A stretch of DNA of 64,000 bases from an uncultured Candidatus Saccharibacteria bacterium (GCA_964477745.1 CAYZEI010000002.1:5054-69053); one strand, 5' to 3'; shown: positions 9,530 to 19,382, counted from the first letter of the stretch. The notes: generated by a model not told the origin, from the letters alone. A program made the numbers and translations.

Positions 9530-10597
9530 TCAATTCTTTAACGCTTCTTTTTTTGCTTCTAAATCAGCTTTCTTTAAGGCATCTGTAATGAGGTCAAACT
9601 TACCTTCCATAATCAAATTAATCTGGTTGAAGTTTTGGTTTATACGGTGGTCAGTTACGCGGTCTTGGGGGAAGTTGTAGGTACGGATTTTTTCACTTCT
9701 GTCGCCGGTACCAATTTGGCCTTTAGTTAAACTGCGAATTTTTTTGTCTTCAATTTCCTGATAATGTGCGGCCACACGAGCGCGAATAACCGCCAAGGCC
9801 TTTTCCCGGTTTTGCGCCTGACTGCGTTCGTCCTGACACTGAGCCGTGATACCGGTAGGAATGTGTAAAATGCGAATAGCGCTGTAAGTTGTGTTAACCG
9901 ACTGTCCGCCGTGACCGGAAGAAGTGGTGGCTTCCATTTTTAAATCTTTCGGGTCTATGCTGTAATCTTTTTCTTCCAGTTCCGGCAAAACCGCCACAGT
10001 CACAGTGGAAGTATGTACCCGTCCCGACTTTTCGGTATCCGGCACGCGCTGGACACGATGCACGCCACTTTCAAACTTAAACTTGGAGTAAGGACCTTCG
10101 GCTCCGCCTTTTCCATGAATTTCAAAAATTACTTCCTTAAAACCGCCGGCGTCTGAGCGGGAGGAGGACATAATATAGGGTTTAAACTTATTTTCTTCGG
10201 CAAACTTGCCGTAGGCGCGAAAAATCTCCGCGGCAAAAAGCGTGGATTCGTCCCCACCGGCTCCGGCGCGAATTTCTATAATACAGTTTTTGTCATCGTT
10301 TGGGTCTTTAGGCAGTAAGGCGTCTTCGATTTCAGATTTGAGATTTATGATTTCAGATTCCAAGCGACGACCTTCGTCTAAAGCCATAGATTTAATTTCC
10401 GGATCCGGATCGATCAATAGTTTTTTATTCTCATCCAATTCTTTAATCTTTAAACCATAATTTTCAATCTTGCTTGCCACCGGCGCCAATTCCGACTGTC
10501 TTTTGCCCAATTTGGCCATATCAAAAGTACCGCCCGAAGACATTTGCTCCGTGAGGCTGGCGTATTCATCTAAGATTTTTTGAAATCCTGGTTCCAT
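9530..10597 (-). CDS. prfA: Peptide chain release factor 1
   Basis: GGQ motif (SGHGGQSVNTT). RF1-type tripeptide region QRVPDTEKSGRVHTS. Confidence 0.95.
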   Translation of the reverse strand: MEPGFQKILDEYASLTEQMSSGGTFDMAKLGKRQSELAPVASKIENYGLKIKELDENKKLLIDPDPEIKSMALDEGRRLESEIINLKSEIEDALLPKDPNDDKNCIIEIRAGAGGDESTLFAAEIFRAYGKFAEENKFKPYIMSSSRSDAGGFKEVIFEIHGKGGAEGPYSKFKFESGVHRVQRVPDTEKSGRVHTSTVTVAVLPELEEKDYSIDPKDLKMEATTSSGHGGQSVNTTYSAIRILHIPTGITAQCQDERSQAQNREKALAVIRARVAAHYQEIEDKKIRSLTKGQIGTGDRSEKIRTYNFPQDRVTDHRINQNFNQINLIMEGKFDLITDALKKADLEAKKEALKN

Positions 10598-10629
10598 ATA
10601 TTTAGTTACTTGGGAAATAGAGAACTAGA

Positions 10630-10725
10630 AAAATAGTGAGTTAGAAAATTAGAGGATTAGATTTTCTCACTCTCTGTATCTCTAATTCTCTGTATTTCTT
10701 GCCTTGTTCATTCTAACATAAAACC
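10630..10725. repeat. Imperfect long palindrome in the prfA 5' region (purine-rich arm gagaa/tagaaa units mirrored by ctcact.../ttctct...)
   Basis: An inverted-repeat arrangement is visible on direct reading. Confidence 0.35.
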
Positions 10726-10770
10726 ACCCCAAACAAAACGTCAGGATGGTCTTATTAAAGTTTTATTAAA

Positions 10771-11034
10771 CTACTTTTTCGGGGTGCGGGCTTTTCTGAC
10801 TTTCTTCACTTTTACATCGGCTTTAATTTGCACCGCGGTGGCACTGCGTTTTTTAAACTTATCAACGTTTCCGGCCGCATCCAATAATTTCTGCTTACCG
10901 GTATAAAATGGGTGGCAAGAACTGCAGATTTCAGTATGTAAGGCGGTGGAAGTGGAGCCTGTTACAAAAGCATTACCGCAAGCGCAGGTAACTTTAGCAT
11001 CGGCGTGATATTGTGGGTGGATGTCTTTTTTCAT
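10771..11034 (-). CDS. rpmE: 50S ribosomal protein L31 with Lys-rich C-terminal extension
   Basis: [10 protein letters not shown]...CxC...C motifs. Confidence 0.9.
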   Translation of the reverse strand: MKKDIHPQYHADAKVTCACGNAFVTGSTSTALHTEICSSCHPFYTGKQKLLDAAGNVDKFKKRSATAVQIKADVKVKKVRKARTPKK

Positions 11035-11243
11035 TGGATTTAAATATTTTAAATTAATTTCTATATAATTTCAGCAATTTCGATATTATCAAAGCCGGAT
11101 GGAATAAGCTTTGCGAAACTTCAGAAACTTTCAATACCATTATTTCTTATGATATCTACATTATTTTACCGTCTCTTGCCAAAAAAGTCAAGGCCTGTTA
11201 TAATAAGCGGACTAATTAATAAACATATTCCGCATCACTTTCT

Positions 11244-11312
11244 GTCCCGATAGGCCCGTGGGCCAAATATCGGGATCGACGGAATAGAAGCATCCCGATT
11301 TATCGGGATAAG
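11244..11312 (+). promoter_or_regulatory. Structured rpsB leader with alternating tcccgata / tatcggga stems (alternative hairpins)
   Basis: The same 8-mer and its complement recur four times, allowing mutually exclusive pairings. S2 autoregulation via its 5'UTR is known in other bacteria. Confidence 0.35.
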
Positions 11313-11321
11313 AAAGGTTTT

Positions 11322-12041
11322 ATGAAAGACGTAACTCTTTTAGAGTTGCTCAAAAGCGGAGCGCATTTCGGACACACCACCTCCAGGTGGAACCCAAAAA
11401 TGAAACCGTATATTTTTACGGTTCGCAACAACATCCATATTTTGGATTTGGAAAAGACCAAAAAAGCCTTGTTAAAAGCGGCTAAGTTCGCGGCGGAAAT
11501 TTCCAGCCGTGGCGGTACCGTGTTATTTGTCGGAACCAAGCGCCAAACCAAAGAATTGGTGAAAAAAGCAGCCGAGGCTTGCGGTAGCCCGTATGTAAAT
11601 GTCCGCTGGTTGGGTGGTACTTTCACTAATGCCAAAACAATCCAAAAGACCATTCGCAAAATGGAAAAATTGGAAAACATGAAGCAAACCGGGGAATTGG
11701 CCAGTCACTATACCAAAAAGGAACGCTTAATGGTAGAAAGAGAAATCGAAAAGTTAAAGAAACTTTTTGAAGGTATCCAAAATATGAAAAAGCTTCCGGA
11801 TGCCATTTTTGTTACCGACGTTAAGCATGATGACATTGCTATTAAGGAAGCTCAAAAGAGCAAAGTCAAAATTATCGGCCTTGTGGACACCAACAGCAAC
11901 CCAGAAGGAGTCGACTATATGATTCCTTGCAACGACGACGCCACCAAAGCGGTTGAATTAGTCTGCTCAGTTATTTCCGAAGCTATTTCCGAAAGCCGAC
12001 AAACTCAAACTTTGGTAAAAGACAGCCAGCCAATAAAATAA
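11322..12041 (+). CDS. rpsB: 30S ribosomal protein S2
   Basis: LLKSGAHFGH...RWNPKM signature. Confidence 0.95.
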   Translation: MKDVTLLELLKSGAHFGHTTSRWNPKMKPYIFTVRNNIHILDLEKTKKALLKAAKFAAEISSRGGTVLFVGTKRQTKELVKKAAEACGSPYVNVRWLGGTFTNAKTIQKTIRKMEKLENMKQTGELASHYTKKERLMVEREIEKLKKLFEGIQNMKKLPDAIFVTDVKHDDIAIKEAQKSKVKIIGLVDTNSNPEGVDYMIPCNDDATKAVELVCSVISEAISESRQTQTLVKDSQPIK

Positions 12042-12145
12042 TAGTCCAAAATAGAATTATTAAGAACTAAATCCTAAAACTGAACAATAATCAAATTTAA
12101 AATTTGTTTAGAAATTAGGAATTAGATATTAGAAATTAAACCTAT

Positions 12146-12727
12146 ATGTCTAACGACTTACTAAAAGAGCTCCGCGAACTGACCGGAGCAGGAATGTTGG
12201 AAATTAAACAAGCTCTAACGGAAACCGGAAACGACAAAGAAAAAACCATTGAACTGTTACGCAAAAAAGGCGCACTTAAAGTGGGGAAAAAAGCCGACCG
12301 TATTGCCAATGAGGGTTTAATTGAAACTTATATCCATCCGGGAAATCGTGTTGGTGTACTTATTGAAGTTAACTGCGAAACTGACTTCGTCGCCAGAACC
12401 GATGACTTTAAGAACCTGGCCAAAGATTTAGCCTTACACATCGCCGCCGCAAACCCTCTTTACGTAACTTCAGCGGAAATTCCGGCCGAAGTTGTGGAAA
12501 AAGAAAAGGAAATTTACAAAGAACAGGTTAAAGGTAAACCGGCCGAAGTTGTGGAAAAAATTCTGGAAGGAAAAATCGCCAAATATTACGAAGAAGCTTG
12601 CCTAATGGATCAGCCGTATGCAAAGAATCCGGACTTAAAAATTCGCGAGGTGCTGGCTGAAGCTGTGGCAAAAATGGGTGAGAAGATTGAGGTTAAAAGG
12701 TTTGCAAGATTTGTATTAGGTAATTAA
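12146..12727 (+). CDS. tsf: Elongation factor Ts (short form)
   Basis: LRELTGAGMLEIKQAL...LRKKG N-terminal UBA-like motif. Confidence 0.9.
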   Translation: MSNDLLKELRELTGAGMLEIKQALTETGNDKEKTIELLRKKGALKVGKKADRIANEGLIETYIHPGNRVGVLIEVNCETDFVARTDDFKNLAKDLALHIAAANPLYVTSAEIPAEVVEKEKEIYKEQVKGKPAEVVEKILEGKIAKYYEEACLMDQPYAKNPDLKIREVLAEAVAKMGEKIEVKRFARFVLGN

Positions 12728-12809
12728 TAAAAATAATTGACCATAATTTAAATAATTGACATAATTAGAGAGTGGTTTACATATGTCGATTTTGTTCAAT
12801 TATTAAATT

Positions 12810-13655
12810 TTGCCAATTACTTTGTCTTACCAAATTATTCCAAACATTGTATTTATATTTTCCGTTCTTGGGATTTTGTTAATGGTCCTTAGGCGCTTAC
12901 CGGAGGCCGTTACCAGCAACAGCCAAGACACAAAGGAACCCTCGGCAGACAAAAAACTGCTGGCAAAGGGATTACCGGCGGAAGCTTTTTCCAAGGTAAA
13001 GACCAATGTGCAATTCTGGATAAAGAAAACCTGGATTTTTATTTTGGAAGCCAAAGATTTAAAACCGCATGCCGCTGCCGGATACCGAATGAAAAAGATT
13101 TTCAGCCGTTCTAAGCCACCGGAAAAAAAATCTCCTCCTGCGCCGATTACCACTCACGAAGTAAAAAATGAGCAGTACTACTTGTACATGATTAAACTGC
13201 AACCCAAACATTTGGAGCACTATGATGCATTGGGAAAATTTTATCTTGAGCAAGGGAGCTTGGAAGATGCCAGAGATATTTATCAATATTTAGCCAGCCA
13301 TCAACCAACCAGCCCCGATTTTCAGGCCAGACTCGCTTACTGTTATTACCAGACCAAACAATTTGAAAAGGCAGCCGAACATTATCAAAAATCTTTAGCC
13401 CTTGATTCAACTCAGCCAAACCGCTATTATAACCTAGGTCTAAGTTTGGAAGCTGGAGGGAAGTTTCCGGATGCGGTCAAAAGTTTTGAACAAGCCATTG
13501 GCTTAGAACCAAAAAACAGCAAGTACTATTTAAGTCTTAGTAATACTTATGCTAAAATGGGGGATACCCAAAAAGCCAAGGAGTTACTACTTGAAGCGCA
13601 AAGTTCTGACCCGGACAATGAGTTAATAAAGTCCAAACTAACTAAATACACATAA
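12810..13655 (+). CDS. TPR-repeat protein with N-terminal TM
   Basis: Several 34-residue TPR-like repeats (YYNLGLSLEAGGKF..., YYLSLSNTYAKMG...). Confidence 0.65.
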   Translation: MPITLSYQIIPNIVFIFSVLGILLMVLRRLPEAVTSNSQDTKEPSADKKLLAKGLPAEAFSKVKTNVQFWIKKTWIFILEAKDLKPHAAAGYRMKKIFSRSKPPEKKSPPAPITTHEVKNEQYYLYMIKLQPKHLEHYDALGKFYLEQGSLEDARDIYQYLASHQPTSPDFQARLAYCYYQTKQFEKAAEHYQKSLALDSTQPNRYYNLGLSLEAGGKFPDAVKSFEQAIGLEPKNSKYYLSLSNTYAKMGDTQKAKELLLEAQSSDPDNELIKSKLTKYT

Positions 13656-13681
13656 ACCTGCCCACTTTGGGCAGGCTATAC

Positions 13682-13757
13682 GCCCACTTAGCTCATTTGG
13701 CAGAGCAGCTCCATGGTAAGGAGCAGGTGATCAGTTCGAATCTGATAGTGGGCTCCA
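13682..13757 (+). tRNA. tRNA-Thr (anticodon GGT), CCA encoded
   Basis: Cloverleaf folded by hand: acceptor gcccact/agtgggc; anticodon loop atGGTaa; T-loop ttcgaat. Confidence 0.85.
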
Positions 13758-13763
13758 GATTAA

Positions 13764-13797
13764 AACACCGCACAAATTTGTGCGGTGTTTTAAATTT
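13764..13797 (+). terminator. Terminator (aacaccgcacAAATTTgtgcggtgtt + T-run)
   Basis: Perfect palindrome with a T-run. Confidence 0.7.
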
Positions 13798-13824
13798 AAC
13801 ATATTACACTCTTCAGTGGTAAAT

Positions 13825-13856
13825 AAAAAAACTTTCAGAAATCTGAAAGTTTTTTT
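13825..13856. terminator. Bidirectional terminator (A-run-ctttcag-aaat-ctgaaag-T-run) downstream of tRNA-Tyr
   Basis: Perfect 7-bp stem flanked by A6/T7 runs. Confidence 0.6.
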
Positions 13857-13857
13857 A

Positions 13858-13943
13858 TGGTGGGCAGGACAGGATTCGAACCTGTGAAGGCATAAGCCAA
13901 CTGATTTACAGTCAGTCGCGTTTGACCGCTTCGCTACCTGCCC
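13858..13943 (-). tRNA. tRNA-Tyr (anticodon GTA), long variable arm, CCA encoded
   Basis: Reverse complement folds with acceptor gggcagg/cctgccc, anticodon loop ctGTAaa and T-loop ttcgaat. Confidence 0.85.
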
Positions 13944-14129
13944 AAACGCTTCAATATATTATCATTTTTTTAACCATTTGGTCAATAAGCGACATTTAAA
14001 AAAATTACCTAAAGCCTTTACACAACCCCAAATAAATGATATTATTTAATGTTTCCAACTTGTAGGAGGAAACAAACTCCGCTACCGAGAGGGTAGCAAA
14101 GTCAGACGTGATGTTTGAGGAGTGTAAAT

Positions 14130-14555
14130 ATGCCAGTAACAGGCAAGTCCGAAGTCCATGCCCTGCAATACGCAGCGTGCATGTTTATGAACATTCTAGA
14201 CCAGGTACTGTGGTGCCGCCTTGATGGCGGGGAGCCGAATGAGAAAGGTCTCAACATCGAAGTGTCCCCGGGGAAGACCAAAAACGATTTCAAAGTTTTA
14301 ATCCATCCGGTAGGGTGGCCTCAGGAATCTAACATCCACAGCAGGTTTTCGGGCAATGACAAGATCGGATGGCACTTTTGGGAAGCCACTATCGATGCAC
14401 TGCATTTAATGCAAGACGGAAAACAGTTCAACGTTTTCTTCCAGATGAATACCGCCGCATGCTGGAAGAGACCGACATTCCACTGTTTTACGAATGGAGG
14501 AGCAGCCTTTTTTAAACAGGCGGCTTTCGAGGCTGGGTTCACCGTAGAGGACTGA
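14130..14555 (+). CDS. Hypothetical protein (141 aa) in GC-rich islet next to the tRNA pair
   Basis: ATG at 14130 with GAGGAG SD 7 nt upstream (the track ORF starts at TTG 14115). No recognised domain. Confidence 0.45.
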   Translation: MPVTGKSEVHALQYAACMFMNILDQVLWCRLDGGEPNEKGLNIEVSPGKTKNDFKVLIHPVGWPQESNIHSRFSGNDKIGWHFWEATIDALHLMQDGKQFNVFFQMNTAACWKRPTFHCFTNGGAAFFKQAAFEAGFTVED

Positions 14556-14687
14556 GTTACCACAATCCATTCGGCAGGCATTGCCGGAACGTCTCGACAT
14601 GATCGGGATAAGACCTACGTCCGAGGGTTAAATCGGACATCTTTCCAAGTTTGTTTACATTAGTAAATTTAGAAAGATAAATCTTGT

Positions 14688-14762
14688 TTAAACACCTCAA
14701 CCATCGGTTGAGGTGTTTAAATATCTAACCCCACTTCGATACGTCGACGTATCGAAGTGGGG
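14688..14762 (+). terminator. Two consecutive hairpins (aaacacctcaacc...ggttgaggtgttt; 34-bp perfect palindrome ccccacttcgatacGTCGACgtatcgaagtgggg)
   Basis: Perfect inverted repeats on direct reading. Confidence 0.5.
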
Positions 14763-14793
14763 CAGGGAACTGAAATAGGTTATACTACAAATA

Positions 14794-15573
14794 ATGCACA
14801 AACAAATTTACAATACATATAAACCAGTAGGACTAACTCCACTACAAGCTTTGGAGGCTTTTAGAAAACAGGCGAAACTGCCGGCGGGTTTAAAAATGTC
14901 TTATGCCGGGAGACTGGACCCGTTGGCTGAAGGGGTGCTAATTTTAATTTGCGGGGATAAATTAAAAGAAAAGGATAAATTTTTAAAGCTAAACAAAACT
15001 TACCAAGCACAAATTCTTTTTGGCGTCGCCACGGATACGTTTGACTTGATGGGGAAAATTTTAAAAGTTGATGCGAATTTACCCCCGGTTGATAAAATAA
15101 AAAAAATGGTAAAAAATTTAGTCGGAAATATTATTTTACCTATCCCGCCGTATTCTTCCGTGCCAATAAACGGCAAGCCCAGTTTTATGTATGCCAGGGC
15201 AGGGGATTTAAGTTTAAAAAATATACAAAGCCGGGAAATGAAAATTTTAAAAATTACTCTTGAGGGTTATGAAAATATATCGGCTCATATGGTTTTAAAA
15301 TCCGCTCAACAAAAAATTAACAAAGTTAGCGGGGATTTTAGGCAAAAAGAAATTTTAAAACTTTGGAAACAAAAGGCGCCCGGCAAATTTGTGAATTTTA
15401 AAATTCTAAAATTAAAAATAAATTGTGCCAGCGGAACCTACATTCGCTCCATAGCACACCAATTAGGCACACAACTAAACTGTCCGGCTTTACTTTACCA
15501 CCTAACCCGCCAAAAAGTCGGCCGCTACAATATCAAATCATCCATAAAACTTAAAAACACCGCTTCAATCTGA
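14794..15573 (+). CDS. truB: tRNA pseudouridine(55) synthase
   Basis: GRLDPLAEGVL catalytic Asp motif. Confidence 0.85.
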   Translation: MHKQIYNTYKPVGLTPLQALEAFRKQAKLPAGLKMSYAGRLDPLAEGVLILICGDKLKEKDKFLKLNKTYQAQILFGVATDTFDLMGKILKVDANLPPVDKIKKMVKNLVGNIILPIPPYSSVPINGKPSFMYARAGDLSLKNIQSREMKILKITLEGYENISAHMVLKSAQQKINKVSGDFRQKEILKLWKQKAPGKFVNFKILKLKINCASGTYIRSIAHQLGTQLNCPALLYHLTRQKVGRYNIKSSIKLKNTASI

Positions 15574-15587
15574 AGCGGTGTTTTTTT
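15554..15587 (+). terminator. Terminator (aacaccgcttcaatctgaagcggtgtt + T7) overlapping the truB 3' end
   Basis: Hairpin plus T-run. Confidence 0.7.
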
Positions 15588-15635
15588 GACATTTGAAATT
15601 TGGATTTTGACATTCCAATTCCGCAACGGAATTGG

Positions 15636-16886
15636 CTACGTTCCTTCCTGCCAGCTCGACAAATACTTTTTCTGAGCCGGAGTCAGAGTATCAATCTTTA
15701 CTCCCATGGCTTCCAATTTTAATTTAGACACGCGTTCGTCAATTTCTTTTGGCACATCGTAAACTTGAGCGTGCATATTTTTGTAATTTTTAGACAACCA
15801 TAAGCAGGTTAAGGCTTGGTCGGCAAAAGACATATCCATAACCGCACTTGGATGACCTTCGGCTGCAGCCAAGTTCATAAGGCGTCCTTCGGCAATCAAG
15901 AATAAATTTCTTCCATTTGGCATAGTATATTCTTCCACTTGGTCGCGAACAGTGCGGTGAGATTTGGCCAATTTTTGCATATCCTTTTGGTTTATCTCAA
16001 CATTAAAGTGCCCGCTATTGCCCAAAATTGCCCCGTCCTTCATTAATTTCATATGTTGGGCGGTAATAACGTCCTTGTCTCCTGTGGCAGTTAAAAATAC
16101 GTCGCCAATCTTGGCCGCGTCTACCATTTTCATAACTTCAAAACCGTCCATGGCCGCTTTAAGTGCCGGCAAGGGGTCCACTTCGGTAACCACAACTCTG
16201 GCACCTAAACCCTTAGCGCGCAAAGCCATACCGCTTCCGCAGTAACCATATCCGGCTACTACAACAATTTTACCGGACAGTAAAACATTGGTCGCTCTCA
16301 GCAAACCATCCATAGTGCTTTGACCGGTTCCGTAATAGTTATCAAACATATGTTTGGTCGGAGTGTCATTAACCGCCACGATTGGATATTTAAGCGCGCC
16401 GTCTTTAGCCATGGCCTTAAGACGAATAACTCCGGTGGTGGTTTCTTCTTGTCCGGCAATTACGGTTTTTAATAATTCTTTGCGTTCGCTGTGAATTAAA
16501 GAAATTAAATCCGCACCGTCGTCTATGGTAATGTGCGGTTTAAAATCCAAAGTTTTATTTAAACACATGTAATAATCTTTGTTGGAAATTCCTTTCCAGG
16601 CAAAAACATTTATTCCGTCTTCCACCAAAGCTGCAGCGACGTCGTCCTGAGTAGATAGGGGATTACTGCAACACAAAACCACTTCCGCGCCACCGGCGGC
16701 AATAGCCTTGGCCAAAACCGCGGTCTCTTTGGTTACGTGCAAACACGCCGCAATGGTCATATTTTTAAACGGCTGGTTCTTTTTGAATTCTTGGGCAATT
16801 TTCCGCATAACCGGCATTTCGCGTTCGGCGAGCGTAATATTTATATGCCCCTGCTTGGCCAACTTCATGTCTTTTACTTTGTGCAT
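15636..16886 (-). CDS. ahcY: Adenosylhomocysteinase
   Basis: NAD-binding GYGYCGSG motif. Conserved SAHH blocks. Confidence 0.95.
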   Translation of the reverse strand: MHKVKDMKLAKQGHINITLAEREMPVMRKIAQEFKKNQPFKNMTIAACLHVTKETAVLAKAIAAGGAEVVLCCSNPLSTQDDVAAALVEDGINVFAWKGISNKDYYMCLNKTLDFKPHITIDDGADLISLIHSERKELLKTVIAGQEETTTGVIRLKAMAKDGALKYPIVAVNDTPTKHMFDNYYGTGQSTMDGLLRATNVLLSGKIVVVAGYGYCGSGMALRAKGLGARVVVTEVDPLPALKAAMDGFEVMKMVDAAKIGDVFLTATGDKDVITAQHMKLMKDGAILGNSGHFNVEINQKDMQKLAKSHRTVRDQVEEYTMPNGRNLFLIAEGRLMNLAAAEGHPSAVMDMSFADQALTCLWLSKNYKNMHAQVYDVPKEIDERVSKLKLEAMGVKIDTLTPAQKKYLSSWQEGT

Positions 16887-17051
16887 TTGTTTCCTTAAAA
16901 AGTTAATTTGTACCGGTTTATTATAGCAAAATTTTCATTCCTGACAAAGGCTCTGGAAACTTTTTCTTACATATGCTAAACTAGCTCAACTGAAATTTGC
17001 CCCTGACAAACCGGGGGTGGTATCAACAAACAAGAATAAGGAGTGAAGACA

Positions 17052-17390
17052 ATGGCTACACAGGCCACTGGTCAACAGGTTATTACCGGATTCATCGTCC
17101 GGCGGTGGAAAAATGAGTTCCTCTCCCGCAAGGGAGAATGGATTGAACAGCCTCAAGGGATAGTGTGTGCATTCGTGCACCAACTTGAAGAGATTCTGAA
17201 CATCGACAGGACAATCATCAACCAGGCACAGTACATGTACTTTGGGGAGTACTCCCCAGAGACTGGCTTTGCCAAATCCAGGAGCCTGCCGTTAGCGGTC
17301 CCAAAGGAATTCAGAAATTTCCAAGATGACCTGGCAGAGGCGGTACTGGAACAAATGACGGTCAACCTCAAGGCCACACAAACGCCATAG
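17052..17390 (+). CDS. Hypothetical protein (112 aa) in GC-rich islet
   Basis: ATG with AAGGAGTG SD (the track ORF starts at GTG 17043). About 50% GC by eye. Own terminator. Confidence 0.45.
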   Translation: MATQATGQQVITGFIVRRWKNEFLSRKGEWIEQPQGIVCAFVHQLEEILNIDRTIINQAQYMYFGEYSPETGFAKSRSLPLAVPKEFRNFQDDLAEAVLEQMTVNLKATQTP

Positions 17391-17435
17391 CGTCAACCGT
17401 CATCACAACCGGCTAACCACGCCCCTGAGCCCCAG

Positions 17436-17473
17436 CCCTCCCCGCACCACACGCGGGGAGGGTACTATTTTTT
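17436..17473 (+). terminator. Terminator (ccctccccgc...gcggggaggg + T-run)
   Basis: GC-rich 10-bp stem followed by TACTATTTTTT. Confidence 0.7.
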
Positions 17474-17539
17474 AAAGACTAGACTTTTTTAAGGTTTTAT
17501 GTCAAAATATATTGAGTTTGTTACCCCACTTATCTTATT

Positions 17540-17615
17540 GCCAGCTTAGCTCATCTGGTAGAGCAACGGTTTTGTAAACCGTAGGTGGTCGGTTCAAGTC
17601 CGACAGCTGGCTCCA
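17540..17615 (+). tRNA. tRNA-Thr (anticodon TGT), CCA encoded
   Basis: Acceptor gccagct/agctggc; anticodon loop ttTGTaa; T-loop ttcaagt. Confidence 0.85.
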
Positions 17616-17757
17616 CTACTTCGTCCCGATGAATTGGGACTACGAAGTGCGGGCATTACTTTCCATGTTGGGATCAATCATGGAATAAAAAAGATTTCTT
17701 TCGCCAAAGCAATCTTTTAATTTTTCAATTTTAAATCATTAAATTTTTAAATTACCT

Positions 17758-17913
17758 ATGTCCCAAGATCATTTGATAAACCTGGAATGTACAGTTTGCC
17801 ATAACTTAAATTACCAGACCAAAAAAAACAAGAAGAATACCGCCAAGCGCTTAGAACTTCAGAAGTTCTGCAAACAGTGCAAAAAGAAAGTCATGCACAA
17901 AGAAACAAAGTAA
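17758..17913 (+). CDS. rpmG: 50S ribosomal protein L33 (51 aa)
   Basis: Translation [51 protein letters not shown]. Cys-x2-Cys pairs typical of L33. Below the ORF-track size cutoff. Confidence 0.8.
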   Translation: MSQDHLINLECTVCHNLNYQTKKNKKNTAKRLELQKFCKQCKKKVMHKETK

Positions 17914-17991
17914 TATTATAGAAGCAAGAAAATTGAGTTGTGTATTAAGTAACCCTTGATTCTCGATTCTAGATTCTTGCTTCTATTTAAT

Positions 17992-18065
17992 AGGGGTTTG
18001 GTGAAGTGGTATCACAAAGGTCTCCAAAACCTTCGTCGTGGGTCCGATTCCCACAGCCCCTGCCA
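17992..18065 (+). tRNA. tRNA-Trp (anticodon CCA)
   Basis: Acceptor aggggtt/agcccct. Anticodon stem-loop aaggt-ctCCAaa-acctt resembles E. coli tRNA-Trp. The T-loop reads tccgatt (C at position 55), which is unusual. Confidence 0.75.
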
Positions 18066-18214
18066 CGTAAAATTCACTCGTCGGACTCGCTCATCACGTG
18101 GCATGCCCAACGAATACACAACTTCTACGAACGTGATAAAAAAATAAGAATTTTACGTGATCGCGTGCGACATAGTGAATCTATGGACTTTACGCGACAC
18201 GAAAATATAAAGCC

Positions 18215-18469
18215 ATGCACTACGTCTATCTTCTCGAATGCCAAGATGACAAATCCTGGTATATCGGCCAAACAGACGACCTCAAAGCTCGAGTGAAACG
18301 CCACAACGACGGTTCTGGCGCTCGCACTACCGCCCGTAAAGAAAATTGGAATGTAATTTACTTTGAAGCCTATACTGAAAAACTAGACGCTCTCGGAAGA
18401 GAAAAGTTCCTGAAAAGCGGTTCTGGGAGAGCATATCTCAAAAAACAACTTAGGCATTATCTAAATTAG
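18215..18469 (+). CDS. GIY-YIG nuclease family protein (UPF0213-like)
   Basis: YVYLLECQD..WYIGQTDDLKARVKRHN motif. Confidence 0.75.
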   Translation: MHYVYLLECQDDKSWYIGQTDDLKARVKRHNDGSGARTTARKENWNVIYFEAYTEKLDALGREKFLKSGSGRAYLKKQLRHYLN

Positions 18470-18475
18470 CCAAAG

Positions 18476-18528
18476 AAACTTCTCTATATTTAGAGGAGTT
18501 TTTTTGTTGAGGGCTGTGGGAATTGGAC
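18476..18528 (+). repeat. Repeat R copy 1: terminator hairpin (cttctcta-tatt-tagaggag + T7) plus conserved 25-nt tail (gttgagggctgtgggaattggac)
   Basis: About 85% identical to 19353..19405. Confidence 0.55.
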
Positions 18529-18534
18529 TAAAAG

Positions 18535-19269
18535 GTGTATAATGAAATTAAAATTATATTTTTTAAAAAGTTAATTTTTTCCAAAAATATGTGGATTTTT
18601 ACTGAGGAAGAAAAAAAGATAATTTCTTCAATCGTACAAAAAGGTAGGATTGAGCAGCAAAAAAATGAAAAATTTGCCATAATGGATTTTGGTAATTTTT
18701 ACAAACTTTTTTCAGATGAAGAAATCAACCTAATTCATAAATATATTGCTATAAACCCGGAGGAATTAAATTACAGACTTCCTTATCTTGGAATGACAGA
18801 AATCCCAAATGACTTAATACCAATTTCGGGGCAAGTTTATAAAAAAATGGGTAAACATCAAACTATTCCTTGTCAATTCCTTCCTAAAAAGACATTCGAA
18901 GCGTATGAGCTACTTAATGAAGCGATTGAAAAAGACATAAACAAAAAATTATTAATATTATACGGTTACCGGTCACCGGCAAGGCAAGTTTTTATGTTTT
19001 TTGATATTTTAGAACGTATATATAGTTTTGATTTTAGTAAAACCTTGCAAAGAGTTTGTTTTCCAGCTTATAGCGAACATGTTTACCCTTTGCGGCAGGC
19101 AATTGATTTTGTTACCCCAGAAGAAGGCACTGATAACTTTGACAAAACAGTTGAATACAGCTGGTTAAAAGTGAACTCGAAAAAATACAATTTTTTTGAG
19201 TCCTACCCCAAAAACAACCAACTAGGCATGATGTTTGAGCCTTGGCATTGGCACCATGAATTTTTTTAA
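18535..19269 (+). CDS. Peptidase M15-like (VanY/D-Ala-D-Ala carboxypeptidase-like) protein
   Basis: SEH...AID and EPWHWHH motifs resemble M15B zinc-peptidase signatures. The true start may be a later ATG. Confidence 0.55.
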   Translation: MYNEIKIIFFKKLIFSKNMWIFTEEEKKIISSIVQKGRIEQQKNEKFAIMDFGNFYKLFSDEEINLIHKYIAINPEELNYRLPYLGMTEIPNDLIPISGQVYKKMGKHQTIPCQFLPKKTFEAYELLNEAIEKDINKKLLILYGYRSPARQVFMFFDILERIYSFDFSKTLQRVCFPAYSEHVYPLRQAIDFVTPEEGTDNFDKTVEYSWLKVNSKKYNFFESYPKNNQLGMMFEPWHWHHEFF

Positions 19270-19282
19270 ATTTATTTAAGAG

Positions 19283-19382
19283 CTGGGATACGAATATAAT
19301 TATTCAATCCCTGAACCACAGTTCTAACATCCTTCACCACGTCCTGCCAGAAAAACTTCTCTTACGTTAGAGGAGTTTTTTT
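19283..19382 (+). ncRNA. Candidate small RNA or 3' module A1: TATAAT (19295-19300) followed by about 75 nt of conserved core ending in the R-type terminator
   Basis: Paralogous to 19985..20086. Shared blocks gaatataattatt, agttctaa, tcct..ac, tcctgcca.aaaaa. Confidence 0.3.
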
